Positions 10,779 through 22,126 are shown, numbered from the stretch's first letter. The stretch is 64,000 bases of DNA from Verrucomicrobiota bacterium (GCA_039818205.1 JBCBUK010000011.1:1-64000), one strand, 5' to 3'. Program-made: numbers and translations. Notes: generated from the letters alone by a model not told the origin.

Positions 10779-12155
10779 ATGAACACAAATATTCGGTCTC
10801 GGTACCGTTGTTGGAAACTTAGTGTCTCGCTGTTAACCCTGATGTCAGCGATCGCCGCGACAACTTGGGCCGCAGAGGAGAAGGATTCATCTAGGTGGAT
10901 GCTTTCGCTGATCTCGCCAAACTCAACGCATCGGCAAGCAGCAATCGAGCTGATGACAAAGAGCTGGGAGCCGAGCTACACGCCAGCGTTGATCGACATC
11001 CTGCGAATCAATCGGCATCCGGAGGTAACGCATGAGATCTATTATCTTCTTCGCGAAAACAATAATATCGACCTATATAATGATCCGACCGCGTGGGCCA
11101 TCTGGTCATGGAATCAACCCTACAAAGGCGATGCAGGATACGTTAGTCTCAAGGGGGACTTGTATTCTTTGGTCGATCAGCGCTTCAAGGCCTATTTCGA
11201 TCCAGAGCGAGAAGCACTCATCCGCTGGGACGAAGTCGTTTGGGGTGGGGTTGCTCAGGATGGCATCCCACCGCTCAGAGATCCCAGGATGATCGAAGCG
11301 TCGAAGGCTGGCTACCTTGAGGACGACAATGTTGTGTTTGGAATTGAGGTAAATGGTGATGCGCGAGCGTATCCCAAGCGGATACTTGCTTGGCATGAGA
11401 TGTTTACCGATACGGTTGGTGGAGTCGCGGTGGCCGGAGTTTATTGTACCCTGTGCGGCAGCGTAATTTTGTATGAGACCGAGGTTGATGGAACTCAGTA
11501 TAATCTTGGAACGAGTGGATTCTTGTATCGATCCAACAAGCTTATGTATGACCGTGCGACCCAGTCTCTGTGGAGTACGCTAGAGGGTAAGCCCGTCATT
11601 GGTCCCTTGGTTGGTCAAGGAATTGAACTCCCTCTACGCTCGGTTGTTACAACGACTTGGGGTGAGTGGAAAGAACGCCATCCGAAAACGAAAGTGTTGT
11701 CGATTAGAACTGGGCACAAACGCGATTACGGGGAGGGCGTGGCTTACCAGGATTACTTTGCCACGGATCGGCTGATGTTCTACACGCCGTCGCACGACCC
11801 GCGGCTCAATAACAAGGCTGAGATCTTGGCACTGCGCAGCCCCACGGCTCCCGAACCAACGGCAATCTCCGTAGAGTTCTTGAGCGAACGTCCGGTGTAT
11901 CAGACGAAAGTTGGTGAGCAACAGCTGCTAATTCTGACCGATGGAAGCGGAGCAAATCGAGTCTATGGGGTTGACGCCGACCACACTTTTTCAAGCTACG
12001 ACGGCGAACAACTTACGGATGCAGATGGAAACAATTGGAGTGTTAGCGAGGATTCGATCCGCGGCAAACAGACGGCATTCAGGCGGTATCCAGCACACCG
12101 TGCATTTTGGTTCGGGTGGCAGGCGCAGTTTCCCAAAACAGAACTCATAAAATAG
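10779..12155 (+). CDS. DUF3179 domain protein, exported
   Basis: GGVAQDGIPPL, ARAYP..LAWHE, YCTLCGS, GTSGFLYRSNKLMYD, TTWGEWK, FWFGW. Confidence 0.88.
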   Translation: MNTNIRSRYRCWKLSVSLLTLMSAIAATTWAAEEKDSSRWMLSLISPNSTHRQAAIELMTKSWEPSYTPALIDILRINRHPEVTHEIYYLLRENNNIDLYNDPTAWAIWSWNQPYKGDAGYVSLKGDLYSLVDQRFKAYFDPEREALIRWDEVVWGGVAQDGIPPLRDPRMIEASKAGYLEDDNVVFGIEVNGDARAYPKRILAWHEMFTDTVGGVAVAGVYCTLCGSVILYETEVDGTQYNLGTSGFLYRSNKLMYDRATQSLWSTLEGKPVIGPLVGQGIELPLRSVVTTTWGEWKERHPKTKVLSIRTGHKRDYGEGVAYQDYFATDRLMFYTPSHDPRLNNKAEILALRSPTAPEPTAISVEFLSERPVYQTKVGEQQLLILTDGSGANRVYGVDADHTFSSYDGEQLTDADGNNWSVSEDSIRGKQTAFRRYPAHRAFWFGWQAQFPKTELIK

Positions 12156-12164
12156 AAAGAGAGG

Positions 12165-12905
12165 GTGATCATGTTGAAGAGTGGAGCAATTGGAATCTTG
12201 GTTTGTGGGCTGCTTTCTGGAGTGGCGCATGCCAAGCAAAGCTATCAGAGCGGGGAGTCACGAGTGGCCCTCATTGAGCTATTCACGTCGCAGGGCTGCA
12301 GCAGCTGTCCGCCGGCCGAGCGATGGTTGGCCAAGAAGGTTAACGACCCGGGCCTTTGGAATCAGTTCGTGCCCGTTGCTTTTCATGTTAACTATTGGGA
12401 CTACCTTGGGTGGAAAGATCCCTACGCCAGCGATTACAACACCAAGCGGCAGGTTCGCCACCGCAATACCGGAAACCTGAGCTCGGTCTACACGCCAGCG
12501 GTCATGGTTGACTCCAGTGAGATTCGTGCTTGGCGTTCAATGGCGCGGTTGCCTATCAGTCGTGAGCCCGTTGGGAGCTTGTCGCTAACATTGGACGGCA
12601 ATGACGTGTCCGCAACCTTTGATGGGGCCGCTAATGCCAATATGCTGAACGTCGCCATCCTGGCGGTAGGCGCATCGACGAAGGTCACTCGTGGCGAGAA
12701 TGCCGGCCGAAAGCTTGATGGCAATTTTGTCGTGGTCCGGCACATGGTCTACCGATCTGCGGACAAAGCGTGGGCTGGGACACTGAACCTTGAGAATTTG
12801 CTTCCAGCCGAGCGGTATGCATTGGTCGGTTGGGTAAGCCAAAATACGGATCCTACGGCGATTCAGGCAGTTGGTGGCTGGTTGGATCTCGCCTCGATCA
12901 ACTAA
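12165..12905 (+). CDS. DUF1223 thioredoxin-fold protein, exported
   Basis: ELFTSQGCSSCPPA, FHVNYWDYLGWKD, VYTP, RGENAGR. Confidence 0.9.
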   Translation: MIMLKSGAIGILVCGLLSGVAHAKQSYQSGESRVALIELFTSQGCSSCPPAERWLAKKVNDPGLWNQFVPVAFHVNYWDYLGWKDPYASDYNTKRQVRHRNTGNLSSVYTPAVMVDSSEIRAWRSMARLPISREPVGSLSLTLDGNDVSATFDGAANANMLNVAILAVGASTKVTRGENAGRKLDGNFVVVRHMVYRSADKAWAGTLNLENLLPAERYALVGWVSQNTDPTAIQAVGGWLDLASIN

Positions 12906-13124
12906 GACACTGGAGTGAGTTCGTTGTCGTCGGATGGGATTGGCACCGGCAAGCGTTGGTGCCAGTCTCGGATGATTTTTGTAAGGTTGTTTCAGTTGAT
13001 GCGACTGAGGGCCGAACAATTGTAACCGCAGCGACGAATTACTGAATCTATTGAGGCAATTGTTAGGGAACTTAGCAAATAGCATTGGTTATCCCTAACG
13101 AACGACTACCATTATATTTTTTGC

Positions 13125-14183
13125 ATGATAAATAGGGTGAACAAATTGGTCCCACGTGTGCTAGCTGTTGCGACCGCCAACGCACCACACCGCTGGAAAC
13201 AACAAGACGTTGTCGAACGTTTTGCTCAACACTTTCCCACTTATGGGGAAGCCGCGGCGGAACGGATTTTCCGAAATTCAGCAATTGAGTATCGTAACTT
13301 TGTCTTGAGTCCCGAGGAGTTTGATCCCAATGCCGACGCCGACTCGTTGCACGCAATATTTGGTGAGCATTCCGTTTCTCTCGGGAGTGACGCTGCTCGG
13401 CGGTGCCTGACGAAGTCAGCAGTCGCCGTTGAGGATATTGATTGTTTGATAGTCGCGACCTGCACGGGGTACCTTTGCCCGGGCCTAACGGCACACCTTG
13501 CCCGGGAGCTGGGTTTGCGCGACGATATTCAACGTGCCGATTTGGTTGGTATGGGTTGTTCCGGTGCGATGCCGTCGCTGCAACGTGCGTGCGACTTTGC
13601 CCAAGCCAATCCAGGCAAGCGAGCCCTCGTGGTGACTGTTGAAATCAGTTCGGCTTGCTGGTTTGTTGACGATACGATGGAAACCATTGTTGGTAACGCA
13701 ATCTGTGGAGACGGAGCCGCTGCCGTTGTCGTCGAGGCAAGCGAGGATGGGCCAGGGATGGTGATTAATCGCTTCTCTGCTCTGATGGATACCAGTTATA
13801 TCGAAAGCGTCGGGTTTGAATTCAAGGCCGGCAAAAATCGGATTATCTTAGCAAAAGAGCTTCGAGATGCGGCTGGACCCCTGGTCAAAAGGGCCGTTGA
13901 GCGCTTGTTAGAGCAGGTTCAATCCGATCGCGGCGATATCCGGCATTGGGTAATTCATTCGGGTGGAAAGCGTGTTTTGGACTCTATCGATGAATCATTG
14001 GAGTTTGCCAATGGCGAGCTTGCCAATAGCCGATCGGTCCTCCGCGAGTGCGGAAACATGTCGTCGCCAACATTGTTTTATGTTCTCGAGCGGGCGATGC
14101 AGGGCGCGGAGCCCGGGGAACGGGGGATCCTCGTTGCGCTGGGGCCGGGGCTCTCGGCTGAGACTGCTTTTGTTTCCTGGTAA
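13125..14183 (+). CDS. Type III polyketide synthase (chalcone/stilbene synthase-like)
   Basis: Cys-His-Asn triad in GMGCSG, HSGG, GNMSS; GDGAAA; GPGLSAE. Confidence 0.92.
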   Translation: MINRVNKLVPRVLAVATANAPHRWKQQDVVERFAQHFPTYGEAAAERIFRNSAIEYRNFVLSPEEFDPNADADSLHAIFGEHSVSLGSDAARRCLTKSAVAVEDIDCLIVATCTGYLCPGLTAHLARELGLRDDIQRADLVGMGCSGAMPSLQRACDFAQANPGKRALVVTVEISSACWFVDDTMETIVGNAICGDGAAAVVVEASEDGPGMVINRFSALMDTSYIESVGFEFKAGKNRIILAKELRDAAGPLVKRAVERLLEQVQSDRGDIRHWVIHSGGKRVLDSIDESLEFANGELANSRSVLRECGNMSSPTLFYVLERAMQGAEPGERGILVALGPGLSAETAFVSW

Positions 14184-14202
14184 TCACTAAAACGATACTT
14201 TC

Positions 14203-15027
14203 ATGACAGATCTTGAAACAAAAACGCGGATTCGCGATTTCTACGATGCTCTCTCGCCACACTTTCGCGATCTTTGGGGAGAGCATTTGCACGATGGCTT
14301 ATATAGCTCTGAGGCCAAGAGTAAGGAGGCCGCTCAGGAAAAGTTGGTCGAATACCTGGCCGCCGAAGCTCAGCTGCCCTATGGTGCACGCGGGCTCGAT
14401 ATTGGCTGCGGTATGGGAGCCACGTCAGTTTGGCTAGCGAAGAATCTACATGCCCAGATGACCGGAATCACGTTGAGTTCCGTTCAGGTTCAAATTGCGC
14501 AAGAGTTGGCTAAGCGAGAAGGCGTCGCGGCCGAGTTCAAGGTGGCGGATGCGGACGCGGTGCAATTCTCCGGCAAGTTTGATTTTTTGTGGATGGTCGG
14601 TGTCTTGGGCCATCTACCGGATCAGGAGTCGTTTATTTGCAATTCGCCTCGTTTGATAGAGAACGGAGGTGTCTTTGTGTTGGCTGATTGGGTGATTGCG
14701 GAAGATGTATCGTTGGAAGACTACGACAAATACGTCCAGCCGGTGATTGATGGCATGTTGATGCCAGAGATCAAATCGCTCAAAAATTATTGGGATTGGT
14801 TCGAGCGTTCTGGCTATTCAGTGCGCATGATCAACGACTTGACCAAAGAAACCCGACGTACGTGGGACGAGGGGATCTCGATCACTCAAACCGTCTCCAT
14901 TGTAAAGCTTGCGTTCGATCTTGGTCGCGACGCCTTGGGTTTACTGTCCGCAATCAAGGGGATGGGTGATGCGATGGATCGTGGATTGATCCGTTATGGA
15001 GTCGTAATTGCCGATAAAATCGAATAG
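14203..15027 (+). CDS. Class I SAM-dependent methyltransferase (tocopherol/sterol MT-like)
   Basis: LWGEHLHDG, LDIGCGMG, GITLS..Q. Confidence 0.85.
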   Translation: MTDLETKTRIRDFYDALSPHFRDLWGEHLHDGLYSSEAKSKEAAQEKLVEYLAAEAQLPYGARGLDIGCGMGATSVWLAKNLHAQMTGITLSSVQVQIAQELAKREGVAAEFKVADADAVQFSGKFDFLWMVGVLGHLPDQESFICNSPRLIENGGVFVLADWVIAEDVSLEDYDKYVQPVIDGMLMPEIKSLKNYWDWFERSGYSVRMINDLTKETRRTWDEGISITQTVSIVKLAFDLGRDALGLLSAIKGMGDAMDRGLIRYGVVIADKIE

Positions 15028-15039
15028 CGCAGTGCGCCT

Positions 15040-17220
15040 ATGATTGGGTTTCTTCTGAAACGGCCCGGAATCAATATCGCCATAGCTGCACTTGTCGCGA
15101 TTGCCTTCGCTTGGGCGGCGACGAGCCTTCGAGTCGACAACACTCCTGGAGTTTGGCTGCCGAGCGACCTTGAGGAGCTGGATGATCTGCGGGAATTCGA
15201 AGACCGTTTTGGTGAAGATGCGCCCATTCTAGTCTACGCCTCGGAGGCCTTAGTTGGAGACGCTAGATGGGAAAGTGCGTTTTCTGAGCTCGCGGGAGAG
15301 ATTCAGGCTTTGCCTGAAATTGGTTCGGTCGTTGAGCCGAGGTATATTGAGTCGGCTCTTGGAGGGCCACCCATTGCCTCGGTTTTGGTTGATAGCACGG
15401 GAGGCGTGGCTGGTCTTGCCATATTGGTTGACGAGGATGTTGATTTTGCAACTCGGGCAACGATTGTGGGTAAGCTGGAGTCGTTGATTGAACAATACGA
15501 GCCAAGGCTTGGTTCGCTTCACCTGGCTGGCTCGGACGTGATAACGCACGACCTCGATGCTGGTTCGAAGGAATCACTCGGTCGCCTGTCTCCGATTGTA
15601 TTTGGGTTAATGAGCATCGTCATTTGGGTCACCTTGCGTTCCTGGCGTGCGTTGGTCGTCGGGCTCGCGACGGTGGTCGGAGTCAGCATCATCAGCCTCG
15701 GAATCTTTGCGCTCGCGGGAAAAACGCTGAATCTCGTGGTCGTCACGATGCCAGCGATTCTCGCAGTCGTTACGGTTGCTCAGTTCATGCATCTTTTCTC
15801 CCGGTATCAGAACCTCGAAGGGAACCGGGATGGTCAACAATTAGCCGTTCGTAGCGAATGGTGGTCGGAAGCCATTGCGGCGACCTGGAAGCCTTGTGCT
15901 CTGAGTGCGGTGACGACAGCTGCCGGATTTTTTGCCATTGGATTCTCGGAAATCGGACCAATTCGTAATCTCGGAATTTTCACCGGAATCGGCGTGTTAG
16001 TCGCCTTTGTTTTAACCTTCACGCTGGCACCGTCGCTGCTTTTGTTGAGCCGAAAGGTTCAACCCCGGAATCTGGGCCAAGTTTGGTGGACGCAAGAGCG
16101 CGCTGGTCGAATGACGGGTTTTATCAAGAGGCGCTCTGGGTTGATTCTGCTGGCATCGACTTTGATCATTTTCTCGAGCGTGTTGGGGATTCGCCAGCTT
16201 ACGGTTGAGTCGAATATCCTATCTTTTTTCCCGGAGTCGCATCGAGTTCCTCGGAACTATCAATTCGTTCAAGAGCACCTGTTCGGGTTGACTCCGATTG
16301 AGCTGGTGATCGAAGGGCCGCGTAAGGACGTATTGACTGAAGAAACCTTTTCGCGGCTTAACCGGTTTCTAGAGAGTGCAATTCAGACTGAGACTCTCGT
16401 GCAAGAGGCAATTAGTCCGTTGTTTGTCTCTGATCCTGACGATCGCAGCCAGATCACCTTCACATTATCACCGGAGAATTTGGCGGCGGCACTCCCTCGA
16501 GACGCGAATGACCTCAGCTCCGAGCAGCGAGCCTATTTTGACGTGGACGGTGGCCACATCGTTTTACGAACGACGCTTGCAGCGCAAACGGACTCGTCAA
16601 ACGCCTGTCATGCATTGGTGCAACGATTGGAGACCAATTTGACCGATGCATTTCCGGAAAGTGTTCGTGCAACGCTCACTGGCAGTGCCACTGTATTGAT
16701 TCAAGGCCAGGTTTTGCTATTGGAGACTCAGATACATTCCTTCCTTTTGGCCTTGGGTGTCGTTTCAGTTTTCTTGCTAGTGACCTTTCGTTCCTTCAAG
16801 ATTTTGCTGATTTCACTAGTTCCCAATGTCCTTCCGGTTTGTTTGACATTGGGATTCATGGCGCTGCTGGAGATTCCACTGAATACGGCAACGGTTACCG
16901 TGGCCGGGATAGCACTCGGGATCATTGTCGACGATACGGTCCACTTTCTGCACGAGTATTGGCGATCGCGGGCGGGTAGGGGCACCCAGTCAGCTATCAC
17001 TGCAGCGCTCTACCATGTGGGCCGGCCGATTATGATCACAACCATGGCAGTCGCGATTGGCTTTGGTGCGTTTGCGTTGGCGCCGTTTAAGCCGACGCTG
17101 TATTTCGGCTTGCTGATCGCTACAACGGCGGTTGCCGCCGTAATCTCTGATTTTCTGATTTTGCCGGCACTTTTGCTGAAGCTAGACCAATTGAAATCGA
17201 GAGGAAAATTGTCAGAATGA
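15040..17220 (+). CDS. MMPL/RND-superfamily membrane exporter
   Basis: Two hydrophobic repeats; TTAAGF, GIALGIIVDDTVHF. Confidence 0.88.
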   Translation: MIGFLLKRPGINIAIAALVAIAFAWAATSLRVDNTPGVWLPSDLEELDDLREFEDRFGEDAPILVYASEALVGDARWESAFSELAGEIQALPEIGSVVEPRYIESALGGPPIASVLVDSTGGVAGLAILVDEDVDFATRATIVGKLESLIEQYEPRLGSLHLAGSDVITHDLDAGSKESLGRLSPIVFGLMSIVIWVTLRSWRALVVGLATVVGVSIISLGIFALAGKTLNLVVVTMPAILAVVTVAQFMHLFSRYQNLEGNRDGQQLAVRSEWWSEAIAATWKPCALSAVTTAAGFFAIGFSEIGPIRNLGIFTGIGVLVAFVLTFTLAPSLLLLSRKVQPRNLGQVWWTQERAGRMTGFIKRRSGLILLASTLIIFSSVLGIRQLTVESNILSFFPESHRVPRNYQFVQEHLFGLTPIELVIEGPRKDVLTEETFSRLNRFLESAIQTETLVQEAISPLFVSDPDDRSQITFTLSPENLAAALPRDANDLSSEQRAYFDVDGGHIVLRTTLAAQTDSSNACHALVQRLETNLTDAFPESVRATLTGSATVLIQGQVLLLETQIHSFLLALGVVSVFLLVTFRSFKILLISLVPNVLPVCLTLGFMALLEIPLNTATVTVAGIALGIIVDDTVHFLHEYWRSRAGRGTQSAITAALYHVGRPIMITTMAVAIGFGAFALAPFKPTLYFGLLIATTAVAAVISDFLILPALLLKLDQLKSRGKLSE

Positions 17221-17678
17221 AGCATATCGTTCGAATCCCATTCTTTGCTGTCGTCAGTCTAATGTTTGCATCTTGTGCCAATCTGCCTGAAGGAGCGGTG
17301 TCACCACAGAATCTAAGCGAAGGCGTTGCCATCAAAGGTTATGATCCAGTGGCATACTTTCACCAGGGCAAACCGGTGGAAGGGTCTCCAGAAATAGACG
17401 CAACCTGGGAAGGCGCGGTTTATCATTTTGCGACCGAAGAGAACCGAGAAGTATTTATCAATTCGCCTGAGAAATATGTGCCCCAGTACGGAGGATACTG
17501 TGCCTATGCAATTGCCGTCGATCAGATCGCGGATATCGATCCCGACTACTGGGCAATCGTCGACGAGAGACTCTACCTTAACGCGAATGGATTCGCACAA
17601 ACGCTTTGGGATCTTGATCGTCCGGCAAACATAGAATCGGGCAATGCGAACTGGAACGATCGATTCTCAAGTAACTAG
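17217..17678 (+). CDS. YHS domain-containing lipoprotein
   Basis: Lipobox FASC; GYDPVAYF, PEKYVPQYGGYCAY; ATGA overlap with the MMPL gene. Confidence 0.88.
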   Translation: MKHIVRIPFFAVVSLMFASCANLPEGAVSPQNLSEGVAIKGYDPVAYFHQGKPVEGSPEIDATWEGAVYHFATEENREVFINSPEKYVPQYGGYCAYAIAVDQIADIDPDYWAIVDERLYLNANGFAQTLWDLDRPANIESGNANWNDRFSSN

Positions 17679-18217
17679 CAGCGTTCCCTTCTGGTATTTG
17701 TTACGTGTAAAGAATGGGAGATAGCTAAGGTGGCTAAATCTTGAGCCCTGAAGCATTGGGTATCGTCGAATTTTAGGGCCTTTCAATGGTTGCGCCTATC
17801 CAACCGGTCTCGTGTTTCTGTTTTAGATAATAAAACCACAATCGAGGCGATTTTGAGGCAACTATTCGACAGTTTCTTGAGGCATATTGCATCGATTCAC
17901 TTTGGATCGGAAAGTATTCAGATAATGAATCAAGACCATTGAAAATCATTGTCATTTAGGGTTGGATCTCTAAAATACTGGTTCTCAAAGACAAAGATTA
18001 TTTTGGTATAGGGTATCCAAAGCATTAGGCATATTTTAAAATTGATGGTGCATTATCGTTCGCAATATAGGGCCGTTATTTACGCAAATTTACATTATGG
18101 TATTGATGTAATCTTCGGAATTAGATATTTATAATAGTTACAGTCGGGTTGATTTTATTGAGTCTCTGAGCGCTTTCGCTCATTCGTTATCAATTTTAAT
18201 TCTTATCCTATTTTACG

Positions 18218-20899
18218 ATGAACTGGCGGAATTCAGATGGGTCCAGTTTCCGATTACTGGTAAAAGTATCTGCTTTGTTGAGTGTTCTCTTCCCTGCATC
18301 TGTGCTGCTTGCGTGGGCGTTCGATATCGATTTATCAAATTACTTTCATGACGGTATCGGTATGCTTCGAGTCACATCGGCTGGCGGGATTTTGCTGGCG
18401 GGACTTGCTTTGTTGATGGTTTCATCATCGTCATTTAATCCTTATCGCAATACTATTGCAATTGTAGCTGCGAGTGCCGGATCTTTGGTTGCTATTACCG
18501 TTTTTGTATTCGGATTTTTTGATGTATTGAACAGGTTTTTAGGGGGCGTTTACGCGAGTAATTCTAACGCTACGCTGGCATCATTTCCAACCGCGATAGG
18601 GGTACTACTAGTCAACCTATCAATACTATTCTATGTCGCTCGGTTTGCGAAAACCTGCCAGGCTCTGGCTTCGACAACTTTGTTATTGGCAATCGTATGT
18701 CAGTTGTTTTCGGCATTGGGAACTCCGTTGCTCGATAGTCTTCCATTCTTTATTCCGTTTCAGACCGCGATACTCCTCGTTTTGGTTAGCTTCGGAGTTT
18801 TATTGTTGAACCCGGACAAGGGCATGTTTTCTTCTTTTTCGGTCCCTTTGGCGAGCGAAGGAATACTGTTGTTCAGTTTGCTATTCCCACTCGCGCTGGG
18901 ATGGATCCAATCTGAAGCAGTGCTGGTCGGTGACCTGGATCCGGTCGCGTCAATGAAAGTCATTGTCATTGGCTGCGTCATTCTGAACGGACTCGTTGTC
19001 TGGGTCTATCTGCGGAGCAAACGTCGCGTCTCGCTATTCCGAGAGTTGATCAATTGTTCGAAGGACTCGATTGAGATTGTTGATGGCGAAACCGGACGGG
19101 TCGTTGATTGCAATTTTGCGACTTGCCGACGACTTGGATATTCCTACGGGGAGATGACCAAGAGCTTTGTGTGGGAATCAGATGACTTGTTATCAAAGAA
19201 AGCTTGGGTGGACTACCGGAGCCGAGTAATCGAAAACCAAGGTGCCAAGTATCAAACCATCCATTGTGGAAAAGATGGTAGCCGATGCCCAGTCGAGGTG
19301 AGTGTAACGCCGGTGATGCTTGATCGCCTCTATTTTGTTTCGACCGTTCAGGATGTCCGTGAGAAACAAAAACTTCGGACTCTTCTTCGGCTTGATGCGG
19401 AGTTGCTTTCTCACACCAACGACGCGGTTATTGCATTAAATATGGACTGGACGATCGAGTATTGGAATCGTAGTGCCACTGCGTTGCTTGGGTGGACCAC
19501 AAAACAGCGCATGGGGAAGAATTTCCTGGATCAGTTCTCTCAGCAGGATCGTGAGGATGTGCGGAAGACTCTGAGAAGTGTGCTTGAGGGCGGTAAGACC
19601 GTGCTAGACCGTCAAGAACAGCGTCCCGATGGCTCGCAAGTCTGGGTCGAGTGGTCGCTCTATGTTAAGCGGACCGAAGCCAACGTGCCCTCTGGAATCA
19701 TTTTGGTGATGCGGAACATCGAAGAGCGGAGACGGTTTGAGGCTCGTCTGCGACAGTCGCAGAAAATGGAGGCGATTGGTACCTTGGCTGGTGGTATCGC
19801 CCATGACTTCAATAACATCGTTGCGGCAATCCGCGGATATACTGAGCTCTCCCTTCGCCAGTGCACAAATGCCGGCATGCGAAGAGATCTTGGCGTTGTT
19901 CTACAGGCTTCTCATCGCGCAGCCGACCTCATTAAGAAGATCCTAACTTTTTCCCACAATCAACCGGACAAGATCTCAACGGTCAAACTTCAGGATACCG
20001 TGAAAGAGGGGATTGATCTGCTTCGAGCGACGCTTCCATCAACGATCGAGCTGGAGGCCGTTTTGGATGAATCGTTGCCTCCAATTGCTGCCAATGAAGA
20101 ACAACTGATCCAGGTGATTTTGAACTTAGGCTCTAACGCCTTGCACGCGATGAAAGGACGGTGTGGAAAGCTCTCCTTGAGTTTGAGCTCGGTTGAGGTC
20201 GATGAAGGGCGAACTGGGAGACCAAAATCGCTCGTGCCCGGGCAATATATCCTGCTTACTGTTGCCGATACCGGGGATGGCATGAGCGATGAGTTACAGA
20301 GTCGCATTTTTGAGCCGTTCTTTACGACCAAGGCGTCGGGTGAGGGGACTGGTCTAGGACTGGCCATGGTCCATGGCATAATAAAGGCTCATGGCGGCTC
20401 TATCGCTGTTCATAGCCGTCCGGACGAAGGCACAACCTTCTCGATGTATTTTCCGCCGGTGGCAGTCGAGAAGCCTCGCGATGATGTCCGAACCGATTCG
20501 GGGCTACGTGGGCATGGAGAGCACATCATGATCGTCGATGATGAGGAGATGCTCGCCAACCTTGGCAAAGCAATGCTCGAAGACCTTGGATATCGGGCAA
20601 CAGCCTGCCAGAGTCCGGAGGAGGCGATTCAGCTTGTTAGAGCGGGCAATCAATACGACTTGATCATCACTGACCAGACCATGCCGGTTATGACCGGCCT
20701 GGAATTGGCCGACAAGATACTGGAGATCAAACCCAGTCAGCAGTTTATAGCGATCACAGGCTATGCTAAGCAATCGGTTAAAGTGTTCTTGGAACACGAT
20801 GGTGTCGTCGGATTCCTGCACAAACCAATTAGCTTCGACGACTTGAGTCGTGTTGTCGGCAACGCGCTTGCTGACCGCGTGTCGGAACTTTCAGCCTAA
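18218..20899 (+). CDS. Membrane-bound PAS-PAS hybrid sensor histidine kinase/receiver
   Basis: Multiple TM helices, two PAS domains, H-box AHDFNN, N/G1/F/G2 boxes ([20 protein letters not shown]), receiver (VDDE..TDQTMP..KP). Confidence 0.93.
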   Translation: MNWRNSDGSSFRLLVKVSALLSVLFPASVLLAWAFDIDLSNYFHDGIGMLRVTSAGGILLAGLALLMVSSSSFNPYRNTIAIVAASAGSLVAITVFVFGFFDVLNRFLGGVYASNSNATLASFPTAIGVLLVNLSILFYVARFAKTCQALASTTLLLAIVCQLFSALGTPLLDSLPFFIPFQTAILLVLVSFGVLLLNPDKGMFSSFSVPLASEGILLFSLLFPLALGWIQSEAVLVGDLDPVASMKVIVIGCVILNGLVVWVYLRSKRRVSLFRELINCSKDSIEIVDGETGRVVDCNFATCRRLGYSYGEMTKSFVWESDDLLSKKAWVDYRSRVIENQGAKYQTIHCGKDGSRCPVEVSVTPVMLDRLYFVSTVQDVREKQKLRTLLRLDAELLSHTNDAVIALNMDWTIEYWNRSATALLGWTTKQRMGKNFLDQFSQQDREDVRKTLRSVLEGGKTVLDRQEQRPDGSQVWVEWSLYVKRTEANVPSGIILVMRNIEERRRFEARLRQSQKMEAIGTLAGGIAHDFNNIVAAIRGYTELSLRQCTNAGMRRDLGVVLQASHRAADLIKKILTFSHNQPDKISTVKLQDTVKEGIDLLRATLPSTIELEAVLDESLPPIAANEEQLIQVILNLGSNALHAMKGRCGKLSLSLSSVEVDEGRTGRPKSLVPGQYILLTVADTGDGMSDELQSRIFEPFFTTKASGEGTGLGLAMVHGIIKAHGGSIAVHSRPDEGTTFSMYFPPVAVEKPRDDVRTDSGLRGHGEHIMIVDDEEMLANLGKAMLEDLGYRATACQSPEEAIQLVRAGNQYDLIITDQTMPVMTGLELADKILEIKPSQQFIAITGYAKQSVKVFLEHDGVVGFLHKPISFDDLSRVVGNALADRVSELSA

Positions 20900-20940
20900 T
20901 TGAGTCTCAATTTTCGACGGTACCGGTGTTCTCTTGCTGG

Positions 20941-21378
20941 CTATTGATTGGCATGGAACGTCCCGTACACGATACCTATTAGGTTTTCTTTGGTCACGTA
21001 GTCCGCATCGTCATAGCGGTTGTTTATGCCCTCAACCGTCCAATATTTTCCTTCCTTTGCCACGATGCGATGGACTACTCGAGCGCCGCCGAGGTTGCGG
21101 TAGGCAATTAACATACCCGATCGTAAATCCTCGAAGTTGATTGGAGCGATGACAAAGTAGACGTTGTCGCCGAACACGGGCTGCATTGATGTCCCATACC
21201 CAGGACCGCTGCTTCGTCCGGAAGATTGGCGCTCAATGATTCGGGCTGCATTGGCGGTGCTTCGGTGAGGCTCGGAAGAAATCGGAGCGGTGTTGTTTGG
21301 ACGATCGCCGGTATATTCGCAGGCAGCTTGAACGGCTGCCAGAAGAACTCCGGTTGAGAGGATTATTAAAGACCTCAT
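20941..21378 (-). CDS. S24/S26-like peptidase (Ser-His type), probable lipoprotein
   Basis: GTSMQP, VVHRI, EGINN..D; N-terminal hydrophobic stretch ending QAAC. Confidence 0.75.
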   Translation of the reverse strand: MRSLIILSTGVLLAAVQAACEYTGDRPNNTAPISSEPHRSTANAARIIERQSSGRSSGPGYGTSMQPVFGDNVYFVIAPINFEDLRSGMLIAYRNLGGARVVHRIVAKEGKYWTVEGINNRYDDADYVTKENLIGIVYGTFHANQ

Positions 21379-21613
21379 GGCATGTATTATATCGGTTCAA
21401 ACCCACTCGTCGATAAGTGTTTTATCAGAAGTACAGGGAGCTCGTTGGCCTCGATTTGATTTGTTCTCAAAATACAGCCTGAGCCGTATTAAATTGGGTG
21501 TTAGACTGCTATCATTTCGGCTTTGGTTTCCGTAAAATTCGGGTAAGGTTTTGGGTAATTGACACTGCGGACCCGCTGCCAGGTTTAAGGGACAAATGTT
21601 AAGATATGGCATC

Positions 21614-22108
21614 ATGAAGAATGCCCTGTTTCTAACTCTTGCCATTCTCTTTGCCGTGTATCCCAGCTCGCTCATGGCGAACTTTCCTCGGATAGATACT
21701 ACCACCAACGTAACGTTGAAGCAGGCAATCAATGATGCGCTTGCGGCAGCGGAATATCGAGATCATTGGATGGTGATGGTTGGTGACGGTACCTCGATGG
21801 ATCCCTACTATGGAGGCGGTTCCGTGCTCCTGGTTTCAAAGACTAACTACCGCTGCTTGAAGCCCGGAATGATGGCAGTTTTTCGGGACCGAGAAGGCGA
21901 TCTGGTAGGGCACTGGCTAATTGAGAAAGTCGAGGGCGGCTGGGTTTCCCAAGGAGTCAACAACGGATCGGCCGACTCGACTCTCGTAACGGAGCGTTCA
22001 TACGTTGGCGTCATATTTGGTGTCCTCAACTCCGCTGGTCCAGACGCCGAAGGAATCGCCTATGCCCGATCCAATAATCTACCAACTGTGATTGGTAAAC
22101 GAAACTAA
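21614..22108 (+). CDS. S24/S26-like peptidase (Ser-His type), signal peptide
   Basis: GTSMDP, VGHWL, QGVNN..D; same motifs as the divergent gene. Confidence 0.72.
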   Translation: MKNALFLTLAILFAVYPSSLMANFPRIDTTTNVTLKQAINDALAAAEYRDHWMVMVGDGTSMDPYYGGGSVLLVSKTNYRCLKPGMMAVFRDREGDLVGHWLIEKVEGGWVSQGVNNGSADSTLVTERSYVGVIFGVLNSAGPDAEGIAYARSNNLPTVIGKRN

Positions 22109-22126
22109 ATTCTCGGAATCAACTAC

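Noticed and set aside
10779..17678. Selenocysteine recoding in DUF3179/DUF1223/YHS
   Set aside because: The relevant positions are ordinary Cys codons and the ORFs are uninterrupted.
17679..18217. Hidden gene or RNA in the AT-rich intergenic region
   Set aside because: No convincing ORF or structure; most likely regulatory DNA for the kinase.
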